Below are positions 17,454 through 31,105 of a stretch of DNA of 64,000 bases, piece by piece. The DNA comes from Chrysomallon squamiferum (Eukaryota; Animalia; Mollusca). Under the pieces are notes generated by a model. That model saw only the letters and a list, made by a program, of their open reading frames with translations, had not been told where the DNA came from and made no database searches. Where the stretch lies: the NCBI GenBank assembly GCA_012295275.1, contig CM022671.1, forward strand, positions 21,886,001 through 21,950,000, written 5' to 3'. A program made the position numbers and the translations under genes. Numbering within the stretch: position 1 is the stretch's first letter; every line of letters starts with the position of its first letter.

Positions 17454-18278
17454 CTGAAAAAGAACAAAACAGATTTTATTGTTATAAAATACATTAATTC
17501 TATTCTGTTAGCAACTGGAAATATGCACATTAAATCCAAGTTATTTGCTCAAAATAGTTTATTAGAGGGTTTGTGAGAAATAAAACTGGATGTAGTGGGA
17601 TTACAAATCACCAGTTAACACTAATTCACGGTATTTAACAATCTTAAAACTAATAACAAAACCATCTTGTATTATGGCTGGCAAAAATACATTAAAATAT
17701 ATTAAATTATTTATAATGTTCCAGTGAAAGTTTACATAAACAAAACAAATAAACCTAAAAACATTAAAAATTCATATTACTTTAGAATAATTTCATTATT
17801 ACTGTTCATGTAAGAACAAAAAAAAAAGAAAAGATAAAAGTTTAAATATATGATATATTCTGATAGTTAAATTTGACTGTGAACTTCAATACATTTACCT
17901 GAATAACTCAACATTTTTGAGGATTCTACCCATACAAAATTCAAAAGACAGCATTATATTTTATAAACTAGTGTTAATTCTTTCTTTTTATTTATAAATA
18001 TTGTTAGTATTTTTAAAAATTTCTAAATTTAATGGTTTCTTGATAAAATATGTAAAACCATTTGTTTTCTGAATATATCATTCTATCAATCATTTGGTCT
18101 GTGTATAAATTTAAAAAAAATAATAATCAGAACAATTTTAAAATAAATTTCTTACCTGACCAGGAAATGCAGTGGTTGTGTAGATGACGTTCTGGCTGCC
18201 TGTACCATCTGTTGTTAAAATACTATTCGAAAGAGTATGTGCTACAATTAAAAAATAAATAAACAAACATGTATTTTA

Positions 18279-18309
<31 letters not shown>

Positions 18310-19830
18310 ATTTTAATTAAAGTTATTTTATAATACAAATCTCTGGAACTGTTATGAAATATTAATCAACTATCTATTTAACAATGTTTTATTATTATTA
18401 TTTACTTGTTATATATATATGATCTTTACAATTCAAGACAACAAATAACCCATTAATTATAATTATGAAGTGACATACAGTTTATATAAATATAAAGATA
18501 AAAAAATATATATATTCAGAGCAAGATCTCAATAAAAATGTAATGTGATTTTATTCATTTTGATAAATAACAATCACAACATAGTTTTAAGATACAAGAT
18601 GCAGAGAAATATTCCAGGTGGTTTACTTATTAACAGGCCAACAAAGACAACCACTTTAATTAAACTATTCATTTTATATTTTATTTTATTTTATTTATTT
18701 ATTTTTTTAAATTTATTTTAAATTTTTTGTGACAGCATCAGAACATACTGAAAATGTCAAATATGTTTCTCACACTTGGCACTGTTGGATGAAATAATCA
18801 CATCATCAGACCCTGTCCAGGTTTACCTATCAAAGCTATTATACCTACATATTAAAACTTTAATAAAAGTGATTTTAAAAAAAAAAAAAAAAAAGTGTGT
18901 TTCACCCACCATAGGGTTCTTCCACTCCAAGATCATCCAGACTAGTGTCCTGTATGTTAGTTGCATTCATTACTTTGTCACCTTTAGCAGACTGCAAAAT
19001 TAAAAATTTTTTAATTTATTTGCATTACAATCTGACATCAATACAGGCAAAGTCAAATTTTCCACTGTTAACTATTTAAACGTTATGCCATTTGTGAACT
19101 GTAATTAAGAATAACAGTGTTTTGATGACAATTTTTGAAACATTTTTTAATTAATTTAAAATTTAAAAAAAATGATCATAACAAAACAGTTCCAAAAGTT
19201 TTTATTTAGCAGGTGCCAGATAACCAAATCAGACTATTCCTGAAAAATAAAAAATATTTCTGAAAATTAATTTCTAACACTTAAGTGAGTTACAGTATGA
19301 CAAAACTATTAATTTAAAACTGAAATAAAAACAGTCCATTCCAGTTATCTAGTAAACAATAATTAAAATACACTCCAGAATGATATGGTATAAAATGCAA
19401 TACTGACCTCTCTATACTTCTGTAAGTATGCTTTCAGTGGTTCCACATAGCTATCAAAGCCAAGCGTTGACATGGCAAATAAAATATCTTCACCATTTAT
19501 GGTTTTCCTCTTCTCTTGATGACATCGTTCACTTGCTCTGAGAAACTGTGTTAAGGAATGCTTATTTTCCAATTTAAGAAATATAAATGTCTAGAACCGT
19601 TATCAAAGTCACAAACATGTATCTGAAAAGAATCAGATCACATTTTCATAAACTTAACAGGAAACTTAAAATAGTTTTCTTATCTGACCAAAGCGCAAGT
19701 AAATTAATGTAATTTGTTTGAGAAATATAATTTAAAAAAACTATTCTTCCTTTGTGAAAATAATATAAATTATAAAAGTAAGAGAATTTATTTTGTAGTA
19801 ACTTTATAACTGACAATTATGTATTTACCC

Positions 19831-19866
<36 letters not shown>

Positions 19867-21597
19867 ATAAATACATAATTGTCAATTACAGACATTGAAA
19901 GTGCATTACCTATTCTCTCCCAAAAAACACCACAATAAAAAAAAAAAATTAAAAAATAGAATAAATTCAAAACAAATAAATCAGTAATGAAATATTTAAG
20001 AATAAATTAAAAAGGATACTCGCTAGTAATAAAACTGATAAACTCAGACACACATTCCTGAACACACTCTTTTGCATCTTTGGCAATCTAGAAAAACAAA
20101 AACAATATAAAATGAAACAAATTAATTTGGTTTGAATGACATTACAGTGGAAAGAAAATACATATAGAACACTTTATAATTTGAAATACAAAATAAACTG
20201 TTACATGAATGTTAGCATCTGAAAATTAAAATTAATGGTAAGCACTCATTATGTAATAATGATCAGTAAAACAAGTTGTGGCAAAAATAAAACCATATAA
20301 CATTTGTATAAAAAAATAAAAGGACACTAACATAATCATATAACTGAAAATATTTAATTTAAAACAGTGATGTTTTCATGTACTGAAGATAATTTATTAT
20401 AACAGAATGTAACCTGATCTTTTTCTAAAAATAATTAACAAATTACAGTAAAATCTGCTGAAACGTAAAAAAAAAAAAAACCCATTTAATTACAATAACT
20501 TTTAATAGCACAAGCAACTAAAAAAGCCTTACAATAAAAATACAATGATAAATTTTAAATTAATGTGTTACAGATCTAGTGTAGAAATAAAAATTGTAAC
20601 TGCTTCACATACCTTTCCACTTTGTGGAATGGATTTCTTCATAATACGAGCAACATTTGCAATCGGTAAGAAACGATCCTTCAGAAAGAACAAAAATGAA
20701 TATTAAGACAAGCAGTTTATACAAGAACTATTATGAATTTACTACAGTAAAATTAATATGAATAAATTTTAGAACAAAGAACTAGTCATTTTGTTAACAG
20801 AAGGTTTTTAAGTGCCAAATAAATTAGGCTAAACTTGTATTCCAGTGAATTATGTGATTTAACGTTTAAGGATATACAAAGCAGTAAACGATAACTGAAC
20901 ACTGTGTTCAAGAATATAATGAAAGATGGTAAGTTTTGGAAAGATTGTAATCCTAAGTGAGGTGACGCATTTGTTTTTATGTTAAAATAGGTACCTGTTC
21001 TCTCAGTGGTTCATCTGCTTTTTGGTCTTCTTCACCCTCACCTGATCCAATGGTATCATCACCTTCACCTGGAAGAAAAATTAATTTATAATGCTGATCA
21101 AATAAATAATGAATATATATATATATTTATTTATTTATCTCAGAGCAAGTAAAATTTTAAACTTAATTAAGGACATTTATCAATGATTTGGTAGACAAAT
21201 TTTCAAAAAAATCAAAATAGTTCAAACATCATCTTTAGCTAAAGAATGTATAATATTGTATTATATTGTGTTTTATTTTTAAAAAAAATTTGTTTTTATT
21301 ATTTATTATTTATTTATTATTTTATTACCTTTATTTTATTCTTTATTTTATTTTTATTTTTTTTTTTTTTTTTTTTTTTTTTTTGGAGCCCAATATTTGT
21401 TTATACTTTTATTTATTGGCATAAGTTTCTATATTTCAGTTATTTTTTTCACTATAAATGTAACAGTTACATATCCATTAACTACAGTTAATGCTTTCTT
21501 CATAATATCATGACTTACCTTCTACCACATAAGTACTAGATGTCATAAAATTTTCTGAAAGTGTCCCATCTCCAGTACCATCACTCGAGCCATCCAT
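17427..21597 (-). CDS. NFYB: Nuclear transcription factor Y subunit beta (CBF-A), 203 aa
   Basis: Exons 21597-21519, 21068-20995, 20678-20613, 20087-20020, 19537-19408, 18991-18910, 18241-18156, 17453-17427; 612 nt, phases consistent. Histone fold [91 protein letters not shown]. Confidence 0.97.
18156..18241 (-). CDS. NFYB: NF-YB exon
   Basis: [29 protein letters not shown], similar to the metazoan NF-YB tail. Confidence 0.85.
18910..18991 (-). CDS. NFYB: NF-YB exon
   Basis: [27 protein letters not shown]. Confidence 0.85.
19408..19537 (-). CDS. NFYB: NF-YB exon
   Basis: [43 protein letters not shown]. Confidence 0.97.
19538..20019 (-). other. NFYB: U12-type (minor spliceosome) GT-AG intron
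   Basis: 5' site GTATCCTTTT at 20019-20010; branch site TTCCTTAAC at 19558-19550, 12 nt from the intron 3' end. Confidence 0.95.
20020..20087 (-). CDS. NFYB: NF-YB exon
   Basis: [22 protein letters not shown]. Confidence 0.97.
20613..20678 (-). CDS. NFYB: NF-YB exon
   Basis: [22 protein letters not shown]. Confidence 0.97.
20995..21068 (-). CDS. NFYB: NF-YB exon
   Basis: [25 protein letters not shown]. Confidence 0.92.
21519..21597 (-). CDS. NFYB: NF-YB first coding exon
   Basis: aacag|cATG; [26 protein letters not shown]; donor gtaagt. Implies an upstream non-coding exon. Confidence 0.88.
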
Positions 21598-22379
21598 GCT
21601 GTTTGGAGAAGATAAATAACAAAATTATAATCTACTTGGAAAAAGGCAAAACTTTAATCCAATTTTATTTTTTTTTTTATTTTCATTATATTAATTAATC
21701 ATTAAAGACAAAATATCATGGTGTAATTTCTGGGTGGGTCTCAGAAGTCCTGAGATCACCAATACTTTGAAAGTATGTCTGTAGTGAACTGTTTTTAACC
21801 CAGACTTGTTTTGTTACATTTTTACTATAAAACAATTTTTAAATAAGGATCTATATAACTCAAACATATAAAGGGCTATGAAAGAAAGAACAAAATATAT
21901 GTATATATATATATATAAAAAAAAATAAAATAAAAAAAAGGATTTTCAATTTTGTGATTTATTATGATTTCCGTATGTCTGTTGTCACTACACGGTTGTA
22001 TGCTGTAATACTTCATTAATTTAAATCTTAGTATTTGCTGATGTACAGATGACACTTGCTGAACAGTTTTCCCGACACTAGCCAAATATTAATATTACGA
22101 TATGAATGGTAGCATTGTTTCTTTAAAATTCTTCAAACACTGCACATGTTAAGATGTTTGACCTGATAGCCGAGTCTATTTTTAGTAACAAAGTTCGTGG
22201 GTGTTTGTTAGAACAAAAATCTAGACTAATATTTAAATTTACACAGTATTTTACTATTATTTTGTTTTATTGATTATCAGATCTAATATGATACAAAATT
22301 ATTGTCGACCAAAGTAACTTAGTAATATATTACATGTCTTGTCGTTTCCGCGATTATTATCGACAAACAAAACAATTTC

Positions 22380-22630
22380 AAAAGAAACATGGCGATCAAT
22401 GTAGGCCATAATGGCTTAAAAAATATGTAGATCATTTAGATTTTACTCTTGATTTAAAATATATAAGTTACTGGTAATCGTTTGAAAGATTGCACGTGTA
22501 ATCTATTGGCCAAAGGTTTATAATAACAAACCTGGGCGATTAAGACAAGCTTGAGAAATTGGTTGGTCAATGACGAGCCAGTGAAATCGCAGAAACCATC
22601 AGCCAGTCACAGAAGAATGCAGTCAATGAT
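22380..22630 (-). promoter_or_regulatory. Probable NF-YB promoter / non-coding exon 1 region
   Basis: Local CpG enrichment; YY1-like AACATGGCG (22386-22394); E-box CACGTG (22493-22498); ATTGG at 22505 and 22558; CCAGT/TCAAT variants; candidate minus-strand donor cccag|gtttgt at ~22531. Confidence 0.5.
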
Positions 22631-22872
22631 TTTTTTTCTGTAATACTACTTACCCAACAACAACTGATTTACCATCAGTATTTTATATAATTTTATCTTT
22701 ACAAAATTATTTTATTATTATTATTATTATTATTATTAACAAATTGTTTTAATTAAATGGTATAAAACCAACTGTTTTAAAGGAGTTAATTTATCATTAT
22801 CATCAATATGTTTATAATAGACATTTATTATTTTTAAATATTTTATTTATTTAATAATATTTAACAATTTTT

Positions 22873-22925
<53 letters not shown>

Positions 22926-23456
22926 ATAATAATAATAATAATAATTTTGAACACACTTTCTTTATTAATGTACATTAGAGCCAATATGATATCAAAATTA
23001 ATATTTAACACTGATCTAAACTGAATATAATTATTTATTTTCAATTAGACCCTGTGCATTAAAAAAAAATTTATAGTTCATAAAAGGTTATTCGATTCCT
23101 TCATTAAATTAAATCAGTATTACATATTTAAATGCTATAAAGTTTATTATTTTTGTTAATGATGGTTTTGGTGACCTTGGTCTTAATTTATTCTGACGTG
23201 TAATCGTACTCTGATTGCAGTTCATTTTGTACCATTTTGTCGTCGCAATTGTTTGGTACCGCATTTTGCATTATTATTAATAATAATAACGTCAGCCATT
23301 ATTTGTTCGTAATAAATATTTTTATGATGAATAAATATAAAGATGCAGATTGAGTACAACTATTTCACGGAAATTTAGCTGTTCTAATGTTATTTAAAAA
23401 ATGAATATGTTTCAATGCAGATACTGAGATAGCCTATCAAAGTAACTTTGAACATT

Positions 23457-23497
<41 letters not shown>

Positions 23498-23694
23498 TTT
23501 ATTTTCATTTAATATATATATATTATTTTTGTTTCTTCTTTAATACTGTTTTATATTTATTTATTTATTTGTTTATTTATTTATTTTAAATTTAGAACTT
23601 TTCTCAAAAACAATATTTTGAATCTTTATGATAACCTAATAATTGTATGTCAGTAACTTATACGGTACAAAATGCATATGGTACGAAAATATTT

Positions 23695-23745
23695 GCAACC
23701 GGAAAGTCCAATGCAAGTTACATTTTGTTTCCGGGTCGAAAAGCG
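23695..23745 (+). promoter_or_regulatory. Probable UBL4A proximal promoter (ETS-like CCGGAA cores)
   Basis: aaccggaaag (~23697) and tttccggg (~23728), within ~100 nt of the ATG. Confidence 0.4.
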
Positions 23746-23799
23746 TTTTGAAACGAAAGATACTTAAGGAAGAAATTAAATCTGACATCTTTTAGAAGC

Positions 23800-23847
23800 A
23801 TGCATTTGACAGTAAAAGTATTAAATGGTCAAGAATGTTCCATTGCG
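23800..23847 (+). CDS. UBL4A: UBL4A exon 1
   Basis: MHLTVKVLNGQECSIA|gtatga. Confidence 0.92.
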
Positions 23848-26570
23848 GTATGAGTTATTATTAATGAACCAGAAATCTACGAAATATTTGAAAATTTAAA
23901 CTTCTAAAAATAATTATTATCGTAATAATCATAATGAAATCCTAATCTCATTAATTGAAATTTCATAATCTTTCTCATCCATAGATCATTAGATGATCAC
24001 AAGTGTTACAATTGTTTTTTTTATTGTTATTGTGATAATCATGATAGATTAGTGATTATTAATTATAATGTTTTACATGGCTGTATTTAATAATAATGAA
24101 TGAAGAAGAAGAAGAAATATTCAAATAGCGTATTCTCTCCATTCATTCCAAAAAAACAACATAACATGGCATGGTTTAAACTTTAACATTCACGGAGAAA
24201 GGCTTTGACTCATGACAATCTCTTTGAAGGCTTCTTCTTAGTTTTTCCATTATATGGCTGGAGACCAAATATGATGGCACATAAATGTCACTATACAGAG
24301 TATGAGTAAAAAATTATTCATCTATTCCAGTGATACAATCATATATGTTTAGTGCAAAAACACTGTATTTTGCTATGGCTACAGTGACAAGATGGTAACC
24401 ATGTTATATTTTATACACCTTAGGGGCACTTGTTGATTTTGTATAATAAACTACAAGGAAAAGTACATATATATGAACACATACAAATATGTACTTACAT
24501 AAAATGATATATGTATGAATATATATTTATAAAATATAACACTAAGACACAATTTGATTGAAGAACATGGTTCCAATAATTTTCAGGTTCTGATCTGGCC
24601 AAAATTATATTGCTAAGTTTGTGAATAAGATACAGTTGTTATGAAATTAAATATTTAAATTTTTGATTCAAGGGTTTAATCTGAATATCTTCAGAATTAC
24701 AAAATTACACAAATCTTTCCTATTTTTGCAAATTTTTTTTTTTTTTTATTTTTTTTTATTATAATTAACCATTTACTTGTAGCAAGCAGATGTATCTATA
24801 TAAAATTTTATTACCATAAACCACAAGCTGAGTTTACCCAAAGGCTTAAAAACAAACTTCTAGTTATGCTGCAAGAAGCAGATACCCGGCAGAAACACAA
24901 ATTTAAAAAATTCAATTTTTTAAGAATAATTGACATCATTATGTAAATGGCAGTAAAATTTAATTCTGCAGTGAAAGGGTTAACAGCTGTTCATTAATTG
25001 CCATAATAATATTTTTCTTTGTGATTTTCAGGCATCACCAGGTAGTACAGTGTTGGATGTTAAACAGCAAGTCTCAAATGTCTTGTCCATTCCTGTTCCA
25101 GATCAGAAGTTGATATATTTAGGAAAGCCACTTTCAAGTGAGTGTCTGATGTTTCAGGAAACAAGAATAAATAGTCAGCTGTTTGGTGGTTTTAGTAACA
25201 TAACCATTTTTAGTAAAATTTATTTTTGAAAAATTAATTTTGTTTAATTAGATTTTTTAAATTTTATTTAATTTTGTTTTATTTTATTTTTATTTATTAT
25301 TATTATTTTTTTTTTTTCAGAAAGTGTTAACAATACTTTGCACTGATTTTCTGTTTTAATGATGCTGATAAATTAAAAAATAATTAAAAGTTTAAAATTC
25401 TTTTTCTTTACAGTTGATTGTTAAGTAGTGCATAACTTTTTTTTTAGTACCTTCCATTTTTAAATAAAAATATAGTAGAATAGGCTATGCCATATAATCT
25501 TTATTCATAATTACATTTATTGTAATCAGAATAAATAGAAGTTTATTACTTTTCAATCCTCCTCTTTTTATTTTCATTATTATTATTATTATTGTTATAA
25601 ACTACTATTATTTAAAACGTCTTACAAATTGAATTGATTTTTACATCAGATGACTGCTCTCTAAGTGAATATAATGTTAAAGATGGAGGGAAGCTGATGT
25701 TGGTTATTAAGAAATCGGCAACATCATCCAGTTTGGCTCCTGTGTGGCAAAAACTATTAGTCTTTCTGAATCGACACTTCACTGGAAAGGATGCTGAATT
25801 AGTTCTAGCTGAATTTAAAAAAGTGTGTAATTTGGGGTTTTTAAGAAGTCTAATTTTCATAAGTGCAGTTGATTGAGCATTGTATTTGTAGATAGACTTT
25901 TGCATTGCAATGTGATCAAAATAGGGTTCATATTTGCAGTTTATTATTTATGATAATGTATTGTTTTCATAAATAATACACTGCATTTATGAGCTCTGTA
26001 CACGCAAAATAAACACCAAAAAAAACTAGGTCACAGAACCTTGCATCTTTAAATATTTTTCATTTTTTCATTTTTTTTAATTATAAATTTTAATGTTTTT
26101 CCATTCATTTCCTTTTCTGTAATTTATTTAAATTATTTTAGTAAAAAAACCCCCACAATTCTGAAAAGTTTATTAATATTATTATTTTTATTATTACCAT
26201 CTTAACAAAGGCTCATTATAATACTAATTAATATGGAAATGTGCAATTAGTTTTTTTGTTTTCCATTTTTCTTTATATATTTTTTGTTTTTTAGTATTTA
26301 TTGATTTTTTTTTTTTTTTTGTTCCCACATTATGTAAGCAAATTTTATGTGTCGGTATATTTTATTAACAAAGGTTTATGTTTATGATGATCTCGTAGTA
26401 AGAATTATTATTATTATTATTATTATTATTATCATTATTTTAATTTCTTGTAATTATAATTATATCTGTCATGATTGTTGCAGAATTTTGAGAAAGGCCT
26501 GTCCAGCCTCAGTTTGGATGACATTGAGAGACTAGCACACTCTAAGATTAGGATGTCCGAGGAAAGATAA
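23800..26570 (+). CDS. UBL4A: Ubiquitin-like protein 4A (BAG6/GET pathway; UBL + TUGS domain), 137 aa
   Basis: Exons 23800-23847, 25032-25137, 25650-25822, 26484-26570; 414 nt. MHLTVKVLNGQECSIA...DQKLIYLGKPL...LSEYNVKDGGKLMLVIK...VWQKLLVFLNRHFTGKDAELVLAEFKKNFEKGLSSLSLDDIERLA; no C-terminal diglycine. Confidence 0.95.
24765..24983. mobile_element. Degenerate piggyBac-type MITE remnant in UBL4A intron 1
   Basis: Left ttaaccatttacttgtag versus reverse complement of right end ttaaccctttcactgcag (13/18 identical); TTAA at both ends. Confidence 0.4.
25032..25137 (+). CDS. UBL4A: UBL4A exon 2
   Basis: ASPGSTVLDVKQQVSNVLSIPVPDQKLIYLGKPLS. Confidence 0.93.
25650..25822 (+). CDS. UBL4A: UBL4A exon 3
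   Basis: NDCSLSEYNVKDGGKLMLVIKK...VWQKLLVFLNRHFTGKDAELVLAEFKK. Confidence 0.93.
26484..26570 (+). CDS. UBL4A: UBL4A exon 4 (stop)
   Basis: NFEKGLSSLSLDDIERLAHSKIRMSEER*. Confidence 0.93.
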   Translation, partial: NFEKGLSSLSLDDIERLAHSKIRMSEER

Positions 26571-27744
26571 CAAAAGGAAAATAACTCTGTGTTGAATCAA
26601 CACGTTGTACGGAAATACTGATCTTCATCAGAAGCCATGTACAATGCTTAATAGATTTAAGAAAATGAAATAAAAATGTATTAAAAATTAAAAATTAATC
26701 CAAAAAACAGTCTTCCTTTTTCCCCATAATAAGAATTTTGTTTATCACATTTACGAAATAATAAACTTTGTTAATAGTAATTCCCTTCTTGTCCAGAATA
26801 GGTAAAGCAGTTAAGAAAGTTATCATCATGTATGTTACATGCAACAGAATAAAGGAAAAACAAAAATTTATGTTCGGTTTATTAAAAAAATGGTCATTCA
26901 ATCATCAATGTCTGTTTTGTAATGGTAAAGTGTTGGGAATTGTACAAGTACTGGCTTCATTTGTTGAAGATGAGACATCAGAGGTATCCATGGTGATGAA
27001 ATGTGCTGACAACAATTACAAGGATAAAATCTTTGATGTAAATGCATGTTTTATGTCTGTTACTTCAAAACAGATATTGTATTGCACATATTACTATTAT
27101 TATTTTTTTTTTTTTTATTAATAATGGAAATGAAATGAGAGGTTATTCAGTTGTAAAACTAATTTTAAAAAAAGTATTATTCCTTTATTTTAGTTTTTCC
27201 TTACCTGAATTTAAATTTAAGAACAAGATGTATATTTAAAAAATGATGTAAGTTTAATTTTTATTTTTAAATACGTTTTTTATATATATTTATTTATTTA
27301 CATTTGTTTTGTTTTGTAATTTCTTATCCATTTTAGAAACTTTATTGTTTAGATACTTCTTTCAGTCACTGTAATAATAATAATAGTTATTTATTCATAG
27401 CCTATATATATTATTATTATTATTATTATTATTGATAAAAGAAACAAAATACCGGTGTGTTAAACTAATTTATGTAATAATAAAAATAAATAAAAAGATA
27501 ACCTCTATTTCTGCAGCAGTTGGTCCATCATGTATTGTTAAACATGCCATGCACATTTTAAAAACTTTGCATGTATTCTGTATTCAGAGAGTAAAAAAAA
27601 TTTTATTATGTGAAATTCATGTGTGATGTATTTTTAATAAAATAAAAACAATTCAACACTCTGGCCTTATTTATTTCATAACTGTTTTTGTTATTATTGT
27701 TGTTATTGTTTTTATTATTATTGAAGTTATTATTTTGTTTTTAA

Positions 27745-27777
<33 letters not shown>

Positions 27778-28927
27778 TTAAAGCAATAATGTTATATCAT
27801 TGTCTCTATTATTGTTAATATTATTGTCTCAATTTATTATTGATTTTTTATTTTTTTATTTTTTCAGTGATAATTTATTTCCACTAGTTCTCTGTGCTTT
27901 AACAAAAAAAATTATTGATTAAATTTAAAACTGCTTATCTCATCCATTAGTACTGTAAATAATTTTAAAGTGATTTGCTACTTTTTGTATCAAAATATAT
28001 TCTCTTGCTTAGCTGTTTGAAGGATGTTTGGGATCATTTCCCCAATGCTATCATTATGCATTAAATCAACTGCAAATTTGTTTCTGAGAAAAGTAAACAT
28101 TTAAAAAAAATACTTATATTGATGTTGCAACTGTACCAAACAAAGCAGCTTATATAATTTATGGCTGTGTTTGCAAAAATAAAATTTAATAATAATAATA
28201 ATATAACAAAAATTCAAAAGGTTTGATAGAATGTGTGAGGCTTTAGTTTGAAGAGGTAAACTGTGTTGTGATGGAATCTGTAAATCAAAAACACAGAATC
28301 ATTGTTCAGAATATATACATTTTTTTATTGATATTTCGCTCATTAAAATACTTATCTATACCACACACTTTCACATACATCTAACATTAACCATTCATTC
28401 ACAGATAAAATATTTGAGCAGTTGATTATGTCAATGACTGATGTGTGTAATGAATTCTGAAATGGATGTAGAATTTAACTTCAGGTACTGAAATTCATTC
28501 ATCATCATCATTATTTGTCAAAATATTTGATTTTCATTTAGAATCTTCATCATCATCACTATAGTTATTATTATTTTGTATTTTATAAAATGAAGACATT
28601 CAGCACATATTTAAAATCATTAACTTTTTTTTTTTTTTTTTTTTATCTAAACAGTATATTTAAACAAAATAATAATTATAATTTTAGTAATAATTGTTTT
28701 TGTTACCACTTTAATATTTTAATATATTACAGTTTTTAAAAGTATAAAGCCGTTTCATTTTCCTGATATAAATTTGTAATAAAATTTAAACATTACCAGG
28801 TTCTTTACTGTACCTCATTACTGAAAGATAAAAAATCTGATTGTCTCTGAAGTTATACAAAAACTAAAATGAACTTGTTTGGACCCATTATTAATTAGAA
28901 ATGTTTTTGTAATGTTATTTTTATTTT

Positions 28928-28962
<35 letters not shown>

Positions 28963-29911
28963 AACAAACTCCAGAAAAGCAAACTCTTCTGGTTAGTGAT
29001 TTTGATGAAATTATTACTTTTTTGGATGAACAGATGTGGTTTAGATTTAATGATTAAGAAAAAAAAAAAAAAAAAATACTTATAATAAAAAAGAATAATA
29101 ATAAAAAAAAATTTTTATAAGCTATTAATGAATGAAATAAATAAAATGGAGGGTTAAATGTCCTGAACAGAGAAATATTTAAATATTTTGGATGATAAAG
29201 GATTAAAAATAACAACAACAACAAAAAAACCCATATGTACATCATTACATGCACACACACACATATATATATACATATATAATAAAAGTGAAGGGTATAT
29301 GTCAATATTTAAAAATACAAATATATGCAAACATTATTGTCAGTGCTATATTCGGTTACTTAACAACAGATTAAGCAAAAAATAAATTATGTATTTTTAA
29401 ACTGATATTTCTGTTTTGCTTGGCAATCTCTTAGCACTATACGTCACAAATTAGCATTTGTTATGTTTCCGATAATCTTAGTTTTACATTCAAACACTGT
29501 AATTAGTATACTAAGACATGACTTTAAAAGGCACCAATTCCACAATAATCTGTAATAGTTATATATAACAAAACAAACAAACCAAACTTAAAATGTTAAA
29601 ATGTGCTGACTGTCCAAATAAATTGCTACAAAACACTTGCTTTAAAAGTCACAAAATAAATACAGTGATGAAAACCAACTGAGAACAACAAGAAAATAAT
29701 GTTAATATGATTTACACTATGTTAACAATTAACTACTCACAATATTTGTTAGTTTTGGGTTTTTTTTGACATATACATGTATATTAGAATGGATTGATCA
29801 TTTTCCTGTGTCAGTATATACTGCAGATTATGACATTAACATTAACCCATTTCTTTGCTAGCCAACTGGTATGTACTGTAAATCATACAAGACCAACAAG
29901 ATTTGTGATGG

Positions 29912-29965
<54 letters not shown>

Positions 29966-30944
29966 TCAAACCATTTTCTTGAACTGATAACAAGCCTGTT
30001 CATCTTTCTATGTTATAAATTACAGGATGGCCAAATATATTTTAAAACAAAGGTCTCAATTCACACTTCAGCTTTATACAAGTATTCAAATATGTTTTCA
30101 GTATATGTAATTTTAACATACTAGTATGTAGTTGTCGTAGTAACTCATCTGTTAAATCTATGTAAGCTCCTAAACTGTGGGTGATAAAAGAAAAAAGGAA
30201 AAAGGAAAAAAAAAAAAAAAAGAAAAAAGAAAGATAAAAGCACATTCATTATTGGTAAAAAGTTACATGTGCATCAACTTAGAAAATATGTTGCACTTCT
30301 GTAGCACTTTATCTGCTCCTTTGGTTAAATTGTGAAAGACAATTGGTAATCACTCTTGAAACATCAATATCAGCATAAATATAGAGTTAAACAAGATCTC
30401 TCAACAAACTGTCTGTATCTTGTGCCAAAAAATATATATAAATAGTGTGTTTGTTAAAATACAGTAAGAAAATTCATTTATCACTTTTTGTATTCAAGCT
30501 TGAAGTGATCGTTCATAATAAAACACAACATTATAGTTTTGAAATTGGTCAAACTGCCATGGATGTCAGTAAAGTAATCAAAAACAAAATTAAAACTGTA
30601 AATTAAAAACATATCAGTGATATACAGCATATATATATATATATGATTATGGTTTAAGTCTTTTTTTCAAATTTGTCTGACTATTTGATGAGCATGTGCA
30701 GGCCAATGATAAAAAATATCCTCTTACTACTTTCATCGTATTTGAGAATTCTTGGGACTTTGTAGGATTTTGATGCCATTGTGAACTGTGAACTGTCAGA
30801 GCACTAAACAAACACAACAATATTCTCTAGATGTGAAAGCCTAACACAGAATACATTAAGACTTTTGGAAAATAATCTTCTTGTTCTAATCATGTAGAAA
30901 ATGATTTTGGAATTCTTTTGAAAATGAAATTTTTGTTTTAGATA

Positions 30945-31105
30945 TTACACTGGTTTTGGTTTAGCTGAATATCATCAATGTTTGCTGAGAATTACTGTTG
31001 ATGCTGGTTTTGAGTTCATTGAAATATCATCAACATATGTTCATATTTTATGTTGACACAAGTTTTGTTTCATTGAAATATCATTGACATATGTTCATAT
31101 TTGAT
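30945..31105. repeat. ~54-bp tandem repeat (3 copies) downstream of the CPED1 stop
   Basis: gttttg...ttcattgaaatatcat..acatatgttcatattt repeated. Confidence 0.75.

Noticed and set aside
22493-22509. Possible ER-stress element (CCAAT near CACG)
   Set aside because: Spacing does not fit CCAAT-N9-CCACG.
24190-24215. KGFDS resembling the reverse-transcriptase KAFD motif
   Set aside because: Isolated match with no surrounding RT-like sequence.
26768-27121. 117-aa plus-strand ORF after UBL4A
   Set aside because: Lies in the probable 3'UTR, AT-rich, no recognisable domain.
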